A program made the translations under genes and the position numbers. Positions 52,976 to 62,315 of a DNA stretch of 64,000 bases are shown here, in pieces. The notes under the pieces were generated by a model. The model saw only the letters and a program-made list of their open reading frames with translations. It did no database searches and was not told where the DNA came from. Position 1 is the stretch's first letter; each line of letters opens with the position of its first letter. Origin of the DNA: an uncultured Bacteroidales bacterium (lineage in GTDB: Bacteria > Bacteroidota > Bacteroidia > Bacteroidales > Bacteroidaceae); NCBI GenBank assembly GCA_902792555.1, contig CADAZW010000002.1:7480-71479 (forward strand). The letters run 5' to 3'.

Positions 52976-55459
52976 CTATATATTTGCCACTCGGATGATG
53001 TCGGCGAACACACCGGCGGCGGTTACGTCGGCGCCTGCCCCGTAGCCCTGGATGACCATGGGGTATTGCTTATAGCGCGTGGTGGTAAGGAGCACCATGT
53101 TGTTGGAGTCCTCCAGGCTGTAGAACGGGTGGCTTCTGCCGATGGGCGTCAGTGCCACGGTAGCCTTTCCGTTGTCCAGGCGTGCCACGAAGCGCAGCTT
53201 CTTTCCCTCCTCGTCCAGAGCCTTGCGGCGTGCCTCGAAGGGAGCGTCCAGCTCGCCGACGACGCTGAAGAAGTGGTCGGCGTCGCCCTCAAAGAACCGC
53301 TGCTCCATGAAGGGGTGCAGCTCCACGTCCTCCAGGTTGATGTGGTATCCAGCCTCGCGGGCGAGGATCACCAGCTTGCGCACCACGTCCTTGCCGCAGA
53401 GGTCTTGGCGCGGGTCGGGTTCGCTCAGCCCTGCGTCCATGGCCATGCGCACGGCGCGGCTGAAGGGAATGTCGGCAGACAGCTTGTTGAATATGAAGTT
53501 GAGCGTGCCGCTCAGCACCGCCTCAATCTTGAGCACCTCGTCGCCGCTGTCGCAGAGGTCGCTGATGGTCTTGATGATGGGCAGCCCGGCGCCGGCGTTC
53601 GTCTCATAGAGGAATTTCACGCCCTTGTTGAGGGCGGTCTGCTTGAGCTGGACATATTCGTCGTAAGGTGCCGAGGCGGCAATCTTGTTGGCTGCCACCA
53701 CGGAAATGTTGTGGCTGAGCAGCGTGCCGTAGAGAGCCGCCACGCCGGCGTCGGCGGTGCAGTCAACGAACACCGAGTTGTAGAGGTTCCGCTCCACGAT
53801 GTCGTGGCACATAGCTTTGGGCTTGTTGTCCAGCCCCTTGGCCTTGAGCAGCCCCTTGACGTCGGAAGCGTCGATGCCTTCGGGGTCGATGAGGTACTTG
53901 CGCGAGTTTGCCACCCCCACGATGTTGAGCTTCAGCCGGCGCTTGGCCATCAGCTCCTCGCGCTGCTCGTGGAGCTGGCGCAGCAGGCTGCTGCCCACCG
54001 TGCCTATGCCGCAGATGAAGAGGTTGACCACCTTATACTGGCTGAGGAAGAACCCGTCGTGTATTACGCTGAGCGCCTTGGTGAGGTGGCGCTTCTCCAC
54101 CACCACCGAGATATTCATCTCCTGTACGCCCTGGGCGGAGGCCTTCACGTTGATGCCGTTGCGCCCCAGTATGCTGTACAGGCGGCCCGCCACTCCCAGC
54201 TTGTCCTTCATCTGCTCGCCCACCACGGCGATGGTGGCGAGGTCGTCGATAATCTCAATGGGGTTGATGGAGCCCTCCTCAATCTCCTTGGCAAACTCCC
54301 GGGTGAATATCTCCTTCGCCCTGACGGCATCGCTGTGAGTCATGCAGAGCGACGTACCCGTCTCCGAGGATGTCTGTGCCACCATGAAGGTGCTGATGCC
54401 GTTGTCGGCAAGGATGGTGAAGAAGCGGCGGTTGATGCCCACCACGCCCACCATATTCATTCCCGAGATATTGATGATGCTCGTGTCGTTGATGGAGGTG
54501 AGGCCCTTCACGCCGATGTCGTCAACTCTTGACGAGCCTACCCCCATCCCTTCCCCAAGGGAGAGGTGACTCGGCTCTTGGTCGTTGCCGCTGATGATGC
54601 TGCCCTTCTGCTCCGGGCGGAAGGTGTTTTTCACATAGAGGGGAATCTTCTTGGCAAAGACGGGGAATATGGTGGGGGGATAGATCACCTTCGCTCCGAA
54701 GTTGCACAGCTCGATAGCCTCGCTGTAGGTGAGTCGCTCAATGGTATATGCTGAGGCGATGATGTGGGGGTCGGCGGTCATAAACCCGTCCACGTCGGTC
54801 CATATCTCCAGCACCTCGGCATCCAGTGCGGCGGCGATGATGGCAGCCGTGTAGTCGCTGCCTCCGCGCCCCAGGGTGGTCGTGTCGCCCGTATGCACGT
54901 CGCTGGCAATAAACCCGGGCACGATGGCAATGCCCTGCTCGTGGGCAAAGGCCTGCCGTATCCTGGCGTTGCTAGCGCCGAAGTCCACCGAGGGCTTGCC
55001 CCAGCTGCTGTCGGTGATGATAAACTGGCGTGAGTCGTAGAGGGTGCTGCCGTCGATGAACAGCTGGATGATGCGTGAGCTGCACCGCTCGCCGTAGCTC
55101 AGGATGGCGTCCTCCGTCTTGGGCGTGACATCCTTGATGAGGAAGACGCCGCGCAGAATGCTGCCCAGCTCGTCAAACAAGCCGCCCAGCTGCTGCTTCA
55201 GGCTCTTGGCAGCCCCCGCGTCGGCAATCAGGTCGTCTATCAGGGCATGGTGGGCGTCCACCACCTCCTCCAGCACATCTCTGTAGTGCCCGTCGCCGCG
55301 CGAGGCGAGCCCCGTAGCCTTCACCAGATTGTTAGTCACCGTCTTCAGGGCAGAGACCACCACAATCACCGGAGTGCGCTCAGCCTCCACAATCCTCTTA
55401 AGGTTGCGTACCGCCTGCAGGGTGCCCACCGACGTGCCGCCAAATTTCAGAACTTTCAT
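52976..55459 (-). CDS. thrA: bifunctional aspartokinase / homoserine dehydrogenase
   Basis: N-terminus MKVLKFGGTSVG, ACT region and homoserine dehydrogenase C-terminal region (GAGLPII...GILSGT.NFIF...GYGAGADVTAAGVFADI). Start set at 55459. Confidence 0.95.
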   Translation of the reverse strand: MKVLKFGGTSVGTLQAVRNLKRIVEAERTPVIVVVSALKTVTNNLVKATGLASRGDGHYRDVLEEVVDAHHALIDDLIADAGAAKSLKQQLGGLFDELGSILRGVFLIKDVTPKTEDAILSYGERCSSRIIQLFIDGSTLYDSRQFIITDSSWGKPSVDFGASNARIRQAFAHEQGIAIVPGFIASDVHTGDTTTLGRGGSDYTAAIIAAALDAEVLEIWTDVDGFMTADPHIIASAYTIERLTYSEAIELCNFGAKVIYPPTIFPVFAKKIPLYVKNTFRPEQKGSIISGNDQEPSHLSLGEGMGVGSSRVDDIGVKGLTSINDTSIINISGMNMVGVVGINRRFFTILADNGISTFMVAQTSSETGTSLCMTHSDAVRAKEIFTREFAKEIEEGSINPIEIIDDLATIAVVGEQMKDKLGVAGRLYSILGRNGINVKASAQGVQEMNISVVVEKRHLTKALSVIHDGFFLSQYKVVNLFICGIGTVGSSLLRQLHEQREELMAKRRLKLNIVGVANSRKYLIDPEGIDASDVKGLLKAKGLDNKPKAMCHDIVERNLYNSVFVDCTADAGVAALYGTLLSHNISVVAANKIAASAPYDEYVQLKQTALNKGVKFLYETNAGAGLPIIKTISDLCDSGDEVLKIEAVLSGTLNFIFNKLSADIPFSRAVRMAMDAGLSEPDPRQDLCGKDVVRKLVILAREAGYHINLEDVELHPFMEQRFFEGDADHFFSVVGELDAPFEARRKALDEEGKKLRFVARLDNGKATVALTPIGRSHPFYSLEDSNNMVLLTTTRYKQYPMVIQGYGAGADVTAAGVFADIIRVANI

Positions 55460-55553
55460 CAACAGATATAATTTCAAAAAAACGAGGCAAAGTTAGTGAA
55501 AGCCGAGCGGAAAACCAAATTTTATTTGGGTTTTCCCGAGTTACTGTAAAAAA

Positions 55554-55604
55554 TCGATAACGAAAACAAGTTAACGAAAACGAAAACCAAAACGAAAACC
55601 AAAA
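55554..55604. repeat. CGAAAAC stutter array
   Basis: CGATAACGAAAACAAGTTAACGAAAACGAAAACCAAAACGAAAACCAAAA. Shares the 17-mer TTAACGAAAACGAAAAC with the parC tail. Confidence 0.85.
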
Positions 55605-55605
55605 T

Positions 55606-55712
55606 AAATCTGTGAAATCTGTGGAATCTGTGTGACCTTAATCCGTGTGATTCGTTAGATTCGTGTTCCAATAAAATCTGCGTGATCTGCCTTCATCTGC
55701 GAAATCTGCGCG
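55606..55712 (-). repeat. R4 array in inverted orientation (ATCTGCGTG / ATCTGTG units, period 9)
   Basis: AAATCTGTGAAATCTGTGGAATCTGTG...AATCTGCGTGATCTGCCTTCATCTGCGAAATCTGCGCG. Confidence 0.85.
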
Positions 55713-55721
55713 TCGCGAAGC

Positions 55722-55806
55722 GACGACATCGCGCCGAAGTTTATGCTAATCCCGTCGAAGCCAAAACTCATCGCGCCGAAACAGACAACTCCTGCGCAAT
55801 TACATT
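55722..55806 (-). repeat. R1 array, locus 5 (inverted orientation)
   Basis: The reverse complement reads TAATTGCGCAGGAGTTGTCTGTT TCGGCGCGATGAGTTTTGGCT TCGACGGGATTAGCATAAACT TCGGCGCGATG.., colinear with loci 2 and 4. Confidence 0.85.
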
Positions 55807-55813
55807 CTTTCTC

Positions 55814-56056
55814 TAACACCCCTTTTAATTTAGTGGTGGGTTTGGTAGTAATTGGTGGGATTTGTTACCCGGCTACAGTGGGGTAATCAAACTAAATCTT
55901 TTATGCGTCTTTCTATCGTATAATGCTACCAAAATGGTTTTTGTGTCTCATCTTGGGAACAACCAACCCACTGACCTTTGGTGAAGCTCCTATTGTTTTT
56001 GTTGATAAAATCCCACCAATTACTACCAAACCCACCACTAAATTAAAAGGGGGTTA
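55814..56056. mobile_element. 243-bp MITE-like element (or invertible segment) with 45-bp perfect terminal inverted repeats
   Basis: CCCCTTTTAATTTAGTGGTGGGTTTGGTAGTAATTGGTGGGATTT at 55819-55863 and its exact reverse complement at 56008-56052, with a 144-bp spacer. No ORF inside. Confidence 0.6.
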
Positions 56057-56159
56057 GCTTGCCTTTACGATTTATGAAATGTTGAAATAAAAAAGGCTTT
56101 TTAACTTGTTGGCTTGTTTGCTTGTCGATTTTCGATTTTTTTTGTAACTTCGCGCTGCT

Positions 56160-57836
56160 ATGGAGAAGATTGTCATCTATCAGGTGTTGCCCCGTCTGTT
56201 TGGCAACAGGGTGTCCGACCCGGTGCCTAACGGCAGCAGGGAGCGTAACGGCTGCGGTCTGATGAGGGATTTCACCATGCTTGCGCTGCGCAAGATCAGG
56301 GCGCTCGGAGTGAGCCATATATGGTTTACGGGCCTGCTGGAGCACGCCACGCAGACGGACTATTCCGACTGCGGCATCGAGCGCGACCACAGTGCCATGG
56401 TCAAGGGGCGTGCAGGCTCTCCCTATGCCGTGAAGGACTACTATGATATCGACCCCGACCTGGCTGCCAACCCCCGGCGACGCATGGCTGAGTTTGAGGC
56501 GCTGGTGGACAGGACTCACCGCGCGGGGCTGAAGATAGTGATGGACTTCGTGCCAAACCATGTCGCCCGCCACTATGTGTCGGATGCCAGGCCCGAGGGT
56601 GTCCGCGACTTCGGACAGGACGACAACAGCGCTCAGGCTTTCTGTCCGCAAAACAATTTCTACTACATCCCCGGCCAGCGGCTGGCATGCCGCTTCGACA
56701 TGACGGGAGTGGAAAAGGTGCCGTACTGCGAGATGCCTGCCAAGGCCACGGGCAACGACTGCTTCAGTGCGCAGCCGGGCAGGGATGACTGGTATGAGAC
56801 GGTGAAGCTCAACTACGGCATCGACTATTGTGGCGGCGGCATACGCCATTTTAACCCCGTGCCCGACACATGGCATAAGATGCTGCACATCCTGCTCTAT
56901 TGGGCAGGGAAGGGCGTGGACGCCTTCCGCTGCGACATGGCGGAGATGGTGCCCGTGGAGTTCTGGAGCTGGGCCATTGGGCAGGTGAAGGAGAAGCATC
57001 CCGGCGTGATGTTCATTGCCGAGGTGTATAACCCCTCTCTTTACCGCGAGTATATCTACCGCGCGGGCTTCGACATACTATATGATAAGGTGGGGCTCTA
57101 CGACTGCCTCCGCGGGGTTGTCCGCATGGAGCGCAGCGCGAGCGACATCACGCAGTGCTGGCAGCAGGTGGACGATATCCGCTCGCACATGCTGTATTTC
57201 CTCGAGAATCATGACGAGCAGCGCCTTGCCAGCGACTTCTTTGCAGGCAGCGGCCGGAAGGGCGTTGCCGCCCTGGCTGTGGCTGCACTGATGGGCGGCA
57301 ACCCGATGATGCTCTACTTCGGACAGGAACTGGGCGAGCGGGGCATGGAGCGCGAGGGGTTCAGCGGCATGGACGGCCGCACCACAATATTCGACTACTG
57401 GCGCGTGCCCTCGGTGCAGGAATGGTTTGGCGGCGGCAAATGCTGCTCACGGCATATCAATGCCGAGGCTGCAAGGCTGCGCGAGCAATATAGGAAGATT
57501 CTTGCCCTGGCAAATGCCGAGCCTTTCGTGAGCGGCAAGTTCTACGACCTGATGTACGTGAACACCGACAATCCGCACCTTGACCACCAGCGCGTCTTTG
57601 CCTTTATGCGCGCTGCCGGCGACGAGAGGTATCTGGTGGTCTGCAACTTCAGTGACCGCGAGGGCGACGTGGGTGTCAACATTCCCCAGCATGCCCTTGA
57701 CTTCCTCGGCATTGACGAGGGCAGCCATCCTGCCCGTGATGTCCTCAGCGGCCGTCGCTTCACCCTGGCTCTCTCCGCCCGCCGTCAGGCTGTGGTCAGG
57801 GTGGGGGCATGGAGTGCCGCCGTGACGAAATTCTGA
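56160..57836 (+). CDS. GH13 alpha-amylase-family glycoside hydrolase
   Basis: Conserved regions IVMDFVPNHVA and GVDAFRCDMAEMV, and FLENHDEQR. Confidence 0.9.
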   Translation: MEKIVIYQVLPRLFGNRVSDPVPNGSRERNGCGLMRDFTMLALRKIRALGVSHIWFTGLLEHATQTDYSDCGIERDHSAMVKGRAGSPYAVKDYYDIDPDLAANPRRRMAEFEALVDRTHRAGLKIVMDFVPNHVARHYVSDARPEGVRDFGQDDNSAQAFCPQNNFYYIPGQRLACRFDMTGVEKVPYCEMPAKATGNDCFSAQPGRDDWYETVKLNYGIDYCGGGIRHFNPVPDTWHKMLHILLYWAGKGVDAFRCDMAEMVPVEFWSWAIGQVKEKHPGVMFIAEVYNPSLYREYIYRAGFDILYDKVGLYDCLRGVVRMERSASDITQCWQQVDDIRSHMLYFLENHDEQRLASDFFAGSGRKGVAALAVAALMGGNPMMLYFGQELGERGMEREGFSGMDGRTTIFDYWRVPSVQEWFGGGKCCSRHINAEAARLREQYRKILALANAEPFVSGKFYDLMYVNTDNPHLDHQRVFAFMRAAGDERYLVVCNFSDREGDVGVNIPQHALDFLGIDEGSHPARDVLSGRRFTLALSARRQAVVRVGAWSAAVTKF

Positions 57837-57945
57837 TTTGACAATTTCACGATTTTACGATTGGACGATTTGGCAAGCCGGTGGACGGTAATGAACCACG
57901 AATTTCACGAATTAAACGAATGCCGAAGGCATTCATTTTTACATT
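57837..57945 (+). repeat. E3: related composite element (R5 stutter, GGCAAGCCGGTGGAC, GAATGCCGAAGGCATTC hairpin)
   Basis: GGCAAGCCGGTGGAC (57872-57886) resembles E1 AGCCAAGTCCGGTGGTGGAC. GAATGCCGAAGGCAT (57918-57932) is identical to E1 13936-13950. Confidence 0.7.
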
Positions 57946-57978
57946 AAATTTTCGCATTAACTAAATATTACTACAAAT

Positions 57979-58503
57979 ATGACATTCAAAGATTTAGCAA
58001 AGAAGAGACGCAGCATTCGCACGTTTACCGAGCAGCCTGTCAGCGAGGAGCAGCGTAAGCAGCTGATGACCGTCGCCCTGATGTCTCCCACCGGGAAGAA
58101 TTGCCGTGCATGGGAGTTTGTGATTGTTGATGACAAGGATAAGCTGCAGATTCTCTCGGAGTGCAAGGCAAGTGGCGCGCAGCTGATTGCCGGGGCGCCG
58201 TTGGCCATAATCGTGGCTGTTGACAAGGAGAAGAGCGAGACCTGGGTGGAGGATGCCAGCGTGGCTTGCACGATGCTGATGCTCCAGGCTGAGGATATGG
58301 GCCTCGGCTCATGCTGGGTGGAGATCATGAACCGCAAGCGCGAAGACGGCACCCTGGCCGAGGATATCATCCGCGAGACCTTCGGCATACCCGAGCAGAT
58401 GGGTGTGCTGGCCGTGGTGGCCATTGGCTATAAGGCCCAGGAGCGCAACTTGCAGAATGAGGATAAGCTGCTCTGGGAGAAAGTGCACCTCAACAGATGG
58501 TAG
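57979..58503 (+). CDS. nitroreductase-family protein
   Basis: Contains KRRSIRTFTEQPVSEE...SPTGKNCRAWEFVIV and GLGSCWV. Confidence 0.88.
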   Translation: MTFKDLAKKRRSIRTFTEQPVSEEQRKQLMTVALMSPTGKNCRAWEFVIVDDKDKLQILSECKASGAQLIAGAPLAIIVAVDKEKSETWVEDASVACTMLMLQAEDMGLGSCWVEIMNRKREDGTLAEDIIRETFGIPEQMGVLAVVAIGYKAQERNLQNEDKLLWEKVHLNRW

Positions 58504-59312
58504 GAGCAGGGTATAAGATAGCCATCCTCGGTGCCGGCAACGTGGCCAGCCACCTGCTGCGCGCCTTTAGCAAGGTGGGGTGCAGCGTGGCGGTATGGAA
58601 TCGCAGCGACGGTGCGCTTGTCGCCCTTCGCGATGAGCCGGGCGTGCTGTGCACCACCTGCATGGATGAGCTGCCTGCCGATGCTCAGGTGTATCTCATC
58701 TCCGTGAAGGATGATGCCGTGGAGAGCGTGGCACAGAGGCTGCAACAGGCGAAAGGGTCAGAGCTGGGCAGTGGCTGCATTGTGGCGCATACTGCCGGGA
58801 GCCTGCCGGTGAGCCTGCTGGAAAAGTATTTTCCTAACTGCGGCGTGCTATACCCCATGCAGACATTCAGCAAGGATAAGGAATTAGATTATAGCAAGAT
58901 ACATTTCTTTGTAGAAGAAAAGAGTGATATGCTCCATCGGTTGGCAGGCTGTGTGTCGGAACACGTGCACGACCTAACCAGTGAGCAGCGCAAGGTGCTG
59001 CACCTGGCCAGCGTGTTTGCCTGCAACTTTGCCAATCACTGCTATGTGATGGCCGAGGATGTGCTGAGGGGGATAGGTGTGCCTTTTGCCGCATTGCTGC
59101 CCCTGATCAGCGAGACGACGGACAAGGTCAGTGCCCTTCCGCCGCTGAAGGCGCAGACGGGGCCTGCCGTAAGGGAGGACCGCAGTGTGATGGACGCCCA
59201 CCGGCAGCTGCTTGGCGACAGAGCCGATTTGCGGGAGATATATGAGCGGATGAGTGAAAGCATAATAAAATATAAGCACGACAATGATAGACTACGACCT
59301 GAAAAAGATTAA
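58497..59312 (+). CDS. Rossmann-fold NAD(P)-binding protein with DUF2520-type C-terminal domain
   Basis: N-terminus [13 protein letters not shown] plus a C-terminal region typical of DUF2520 proteins. Overlaps its neighbours by a few nt, as expected in an operon. Confidence 0.75.
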   Translation: MVGAGYKIAILGAGNVASHLLRAFSKVGCSVAVWNRSDGALVALRDEPGVLCTTCMDELPADAQVYLISVKDDAVESVAQRLQQAKGSELGSGCIVAHTAGSLPVSLLEKYFPNCGVLYPMQTFSKDKELDYSKIHFFVEEKSDMLHRLAGCVSEHVHDLTSEQRKVLHLASVFACNFANHCYVMAEDVLRGIGVPFAALLPLISETTDKVSALPPLKAQTGPAVREDRSVMDAHRQLLGDRADLREIYERMSESIIKYKHDNDRLRPEKD

Positions 59313-59802
59313 GGCCCTGATGTTTGACGTTGACGGTGTGTTGAGTGCAGCCACAATTCCGATGGGAGCAGACGGCATCCCTCAGCGCAGCGTGAATATC
59401 AAGGACGGCTATGTCATTCAGCTGGCTGTGAAGCTCGGTCTCCATATTGTGATAATCACCGGTGGCAATGCGCCCTCGGTGAGCAGGCGCTATGAGGGTC
59501 TTGGTGTGAAGGAGGTTCACCTGTCTGCCGGCATCAAGATCGAGAAGTATCGTGAGGTGATGCAGCGGCTCGGCCTCAGCAGCGATGAGGTGCTCTACAT
59601 GGGTGACGACATCCCCGACTATGAGGTGATGATGGAGTGCGGCCTGCCGTGCTGCCCATGCGACGCCGCTCCTGAGATACAGCAGATAGCGCGCTATGTG
59701 TCGCCCCTGGCTGGCGGCTATGGCTGCGTGCGCGACGTGATAGAACAGGTGCTGCGTGCCAAGGGTCTGTGGAATATGGACAAGACAGCTTTCGGATGGT
59801 GA
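59284..59802 (+). CDS. kdsC: KDO 8-phosphate phosphatase (HAD-IIIA)
   Basis: Contains FDVDGVLS...IKDGYVI...IITGG...MGDDIPD...P.DA. Length 172 aa. Confidence 0.88.
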   Translation: MIDYDLKKIKALMFDVDGVLSAATIPMGADGIPQRSVNIKDGYVIQLAVKLGLHIVIITGGNAPSVSRRYEGLGVKEVHLSAGIKIEKYREVMQRLGLSSDEVLYMGDDIPDYEVMMECGLPCCPCDAAPEIQQIARYVSPLAGGYGCVRDVIEQVLRAKGLWNMDKTAFGW

Positions 59803-60377
59803 CGAAGAGTGATGTGTGGCTTATCAGCCATTCGCCGCGCAGGGTGCAGCTGCTGAGAGACCTGGGACTGAAGTTCCGCACCGGTGAGGCACACGTGAAG
59901 GAGAGCTATCCCGACTCGCTGCCTCCGGAGCAGATACCCGTATTCCTCTCGCAGCTCAAGGCCGACAATGCCGATGTGCCCATGACGGATGAAACCCTCA
60001 TCATTACTGCCGACACCATTGTGTGGGCAGCAGGCAAGGTGCTCGGCAAGCCCGCCGATGAGCATGAGGCTCGCGAGATGCTCCACCTGCTGAGCGGCAA
60101 GACCCACCAGGTGATTACCGGCGTGACACTGCGGTGCAAGGACGGGAACCGGTCGTTCTACGAAAAGACCGATGTGACCTTTGCCACCCTCAGCGATAAA
60201 GATATCGACTACTATATCAGCCACTACCGCCCCTTCGACAAAGCCGGCGCCTACGGCATCCAAGAGTGGATAGGCATGGTGGGAGTGGAGAAAATAGACG
60301 GATGCTTCTACAATGTGATGGGATTGCCCGTTCATCGCCTGTATAAGGAAATATGTAGCCTTTTGTGCGAGGATTAA
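59796..60377 (+). CDS. maf: Maf-family nucleoside triphosphate pyrophosphatase
   Basis: Contains [28 protein letters not shown] and [10 protein letters not shown]. Confidence 0.88.
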   Translation: MVTKSDVWLISHSPRRVQLLRDLGLKFRTGEAHVKESYPDSLPPEQIPVFLSQLKADNADVPMTDETLIITADTIVWAAGKVLGKPADEHEAREMLHLLSGKTHQVITGVTLRCKDGNRSFYEKTDVTFATLSDKDIDYYISHYRPFDKAGAYGIQEWIGMVGVEKIDGCFYNVMGLPVHRLYKEICSLLCED

Positions 60378-60504
60378 TATTAAATAATGTATAAAATACT
60401 TGGTTTCTTGGCAAAAAGCATTACTTTCGCGAACAGACATAATTATAATATAAAGTTGACGAGTGAGCAAGTTGACGAAAAAAGACAATATGATAAGTAA
60501 AAAT

Positions 60505-60984
60505 ATGAACAGGATTTTTTTGATTATCGGGATGGTTATAGCCGGAGCTTTTGCCGTCTCATGCGACAATGACGATGACTACAATGTGGTGCTGCCGGTA
60601 TATCAGGATGTGGTATTTACCCAAGGCGGCACTCAGGTAAGCAGCCGTGCCATCATGGCAGACCAACCCGTGACGGTTACCCTCGTGCAGGCCAAGAAAG
60701 GCAAAGGCATCTATCGTTATAATTACATATGGAGCAGTGATGCCGAACTGCAGAATTTTCAGACCGGCCAGATAAGCAGCAATTACGATACCGACCCAAC
60801 CAACACCTTTACTGCCACTACGCCAGGCAACTACACGATGACCATCAAGGTGAGGTATGACTATAGTGGCAATAAGGCTCCTGTTGCTCCCAGCGTGGAG
60901 ATTGCCAACGGCACCGTTAGCTACAATGCTGCCGGAGCACTGTACGGCGAGGCTACCATTATCAAAGAATTCACGATAAGATAA
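60505..60984 (+). CDS. hypothetical lipoprotein
   Basis: Signal and lipobox MNRIFLIIGMVIAGAFAVSCD. No family recognised. Confidence 0.6.
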   Translation: MNRIFLIIGMVIAGAFAVSCDNDDDYNVVLPVYQDVVFTQGGTQVSSRAIMADQPVTVTLVQAKKGKGIYRYNYIWSSDAELQNFQTGQISSNYDTDPTNTFTATTPGNYTMTIKVRYDYSGNKAPVAPSVEIANGTVSYNAAGALYGEATIIKEFTIR

Positions 60985-60997
60985 ATCATACACTGCA

Positions 60998-62299
60998 ATG
61001 CGTAGACTGATCTTGCTTTTAACCATTATGTTCTCCATTGTTGATGCTGTTTTCGCCGCAGGAGGGCCAAGCTACCAAATACCTTTGTATGGCAACACCT
61101 ACTATAGCCGCACCACTCATGAGAATGGGCGGTTCGGCTTCGGCAGAGCCAAGGATAAGAGCCTCGTGCTTAGCGGCGACACAAGCATCACCGCCACGAC
61201 CTACGTCTATTTTACTAAGGGCCAGCAGCCCGAGCTGGCTCTGCTGGCGCAGGGTACGGGCAAGGTGGAGGTGACCGTGGAGGCTACCGGCGTAAGTGCC
61301 AAGAAGACTGTGCTTAAGATAGCAGGCAAAAAGTCTAAGGCATACAAGCTGGGGCATATAAGGACGGCAGTTGACGGCTATGTGAGAGTGCATTACCGAC
61401 TGCTGTCGGCTGCCGACAGGGTAGGGATAGAGACCTTAGTGGTAAGCGGCACCGACAAGGAGCCAGTCTATCTGCACGAAACGACAAACACCTACTTCGG
61501 CTTGCGTGGTCCGTCGTGCCACCTTAATTACGGATGGCGCAGGCAGGGCAAGGAGTATGACTGGGCCACCATAAGCGTGACCGTTCCAGAGGAGAGCGAT
61601 CAGCAGGGCTCCTACTATATGGCCCTGGGCTTCAGTGGCGGCTACTTCGGCATTCAGAATAATAGCAGCGATAGGCGCAATGTGCTCTTCTCGGTGTGGA
61701 ATACCCAAGACTCTGATGACCCCAAGGCCGTTGACGAGGAGCATAGGGTGCAGGTGATAAGCCACGGCGAGGGCGTGACGGCGCAGGACTTCGGCAACGA
61801 GGGCAGCGGCAAGCAGTCGTTTATCAATGGGGGCTGGGTGCCGGGCAAGACCTATCGCTTCCTGCTCCATGCCTCAAGGGTTGACGAGACGACGGTGGAC
61901 TACAGCGCCTGGTTCTACGACTGTGTAAAGGATGCCTGGATCTATCTCTCCACCCTGCGCCGACCAAATACAAAAGAGCTCATTACGGGGCTCCACTCTT
62001 TCCTGGAGAATTTCGACCCTCGTCAGGGCGACAAGACACGCAAAGCCTATTACCACGATGTGTGGGTAAGAGCCACCGACGGCGAGTGGAAGCCCGTCAG
62101 GATGGCTTACCTTACCAGTGACGATACTGGCAATAAGGGCAAGCGCCTTGACTTCATGGGCGGGACTGACGGCAATCGATTCTACCTCATGAACGGCGGC
62201 TACTTTGACCGTCCAGAGAAGATTACCCGCGAACTGATGGTGGAGAATATCGATACCATACCACCTTCGATAGACCTGAACCAGTTCGTTAAAAAATAA
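60998..62299 (+). CDS. secreted protein, DUF5077/DUF3472-like
   Basis: Signal peptide. The central YYMALGFSGGYFGIQNN...VLFSVWN resembles DUF3472. Call is from memory. Confidence 0.6.
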   Translation: MRRLILLLTIMFSIVDAVFAAGGPSYQIPLYGNTYYSRTTHENGRFGFGRAKDKSLVLSGDTSITATTYVYFTKGQQPELALLAQGTGKVEVTVEATGVSAKKTVLKIAGKKSKAYKLGHIRTAVDGYVRVHYRLLSAADRVGIETLVVSGTDKEPVYLHETTNTYFGLRGPSCHLNYGWRRQGKEYDWATISVTVPEESDQQGSYYMALGFSGGYFGIQNNSSDRRNVLFSVWNTQDSDDPKAVDEEHRVQVISHGEGVTAQDFGNEGSGKQSFINGGWVPGKTYRFLLHASRVDETTVDYSAWFYDCVKDAWIYLSTLRRPNTKELITGLHSFLENFDPRQGDKTRKAYYHDVWVRATDGEWKPVRMAYLTSDDTGNKGKRLDFMGGTDGNRFYLMNGGYFDRPEKITRELMVENIDTIPPSIDLNQFVKK

Positions 62300-62315
62300 A
62301 CATAGAAAAATTCCC

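Noticed and set aside
53066-54532. 488-aa ORF on the plus strand
   Set aside because: Antisense shadow of thrA.
56043-56999. 318-aa ORF on the minus strand (similarly 49733..50617, 8136..8945, 39038..39958, 46990..47874, 33868..34962 and 20845..21228)
   Set aside because: Each overlaps a confidently assigned gene on the opposite strand and has shadow-ORF composition.
59718-60569. 283-aa ORF on the minus strand
   Set aside because: Antisense to kdsC and maf, both of which have clear family motifs.
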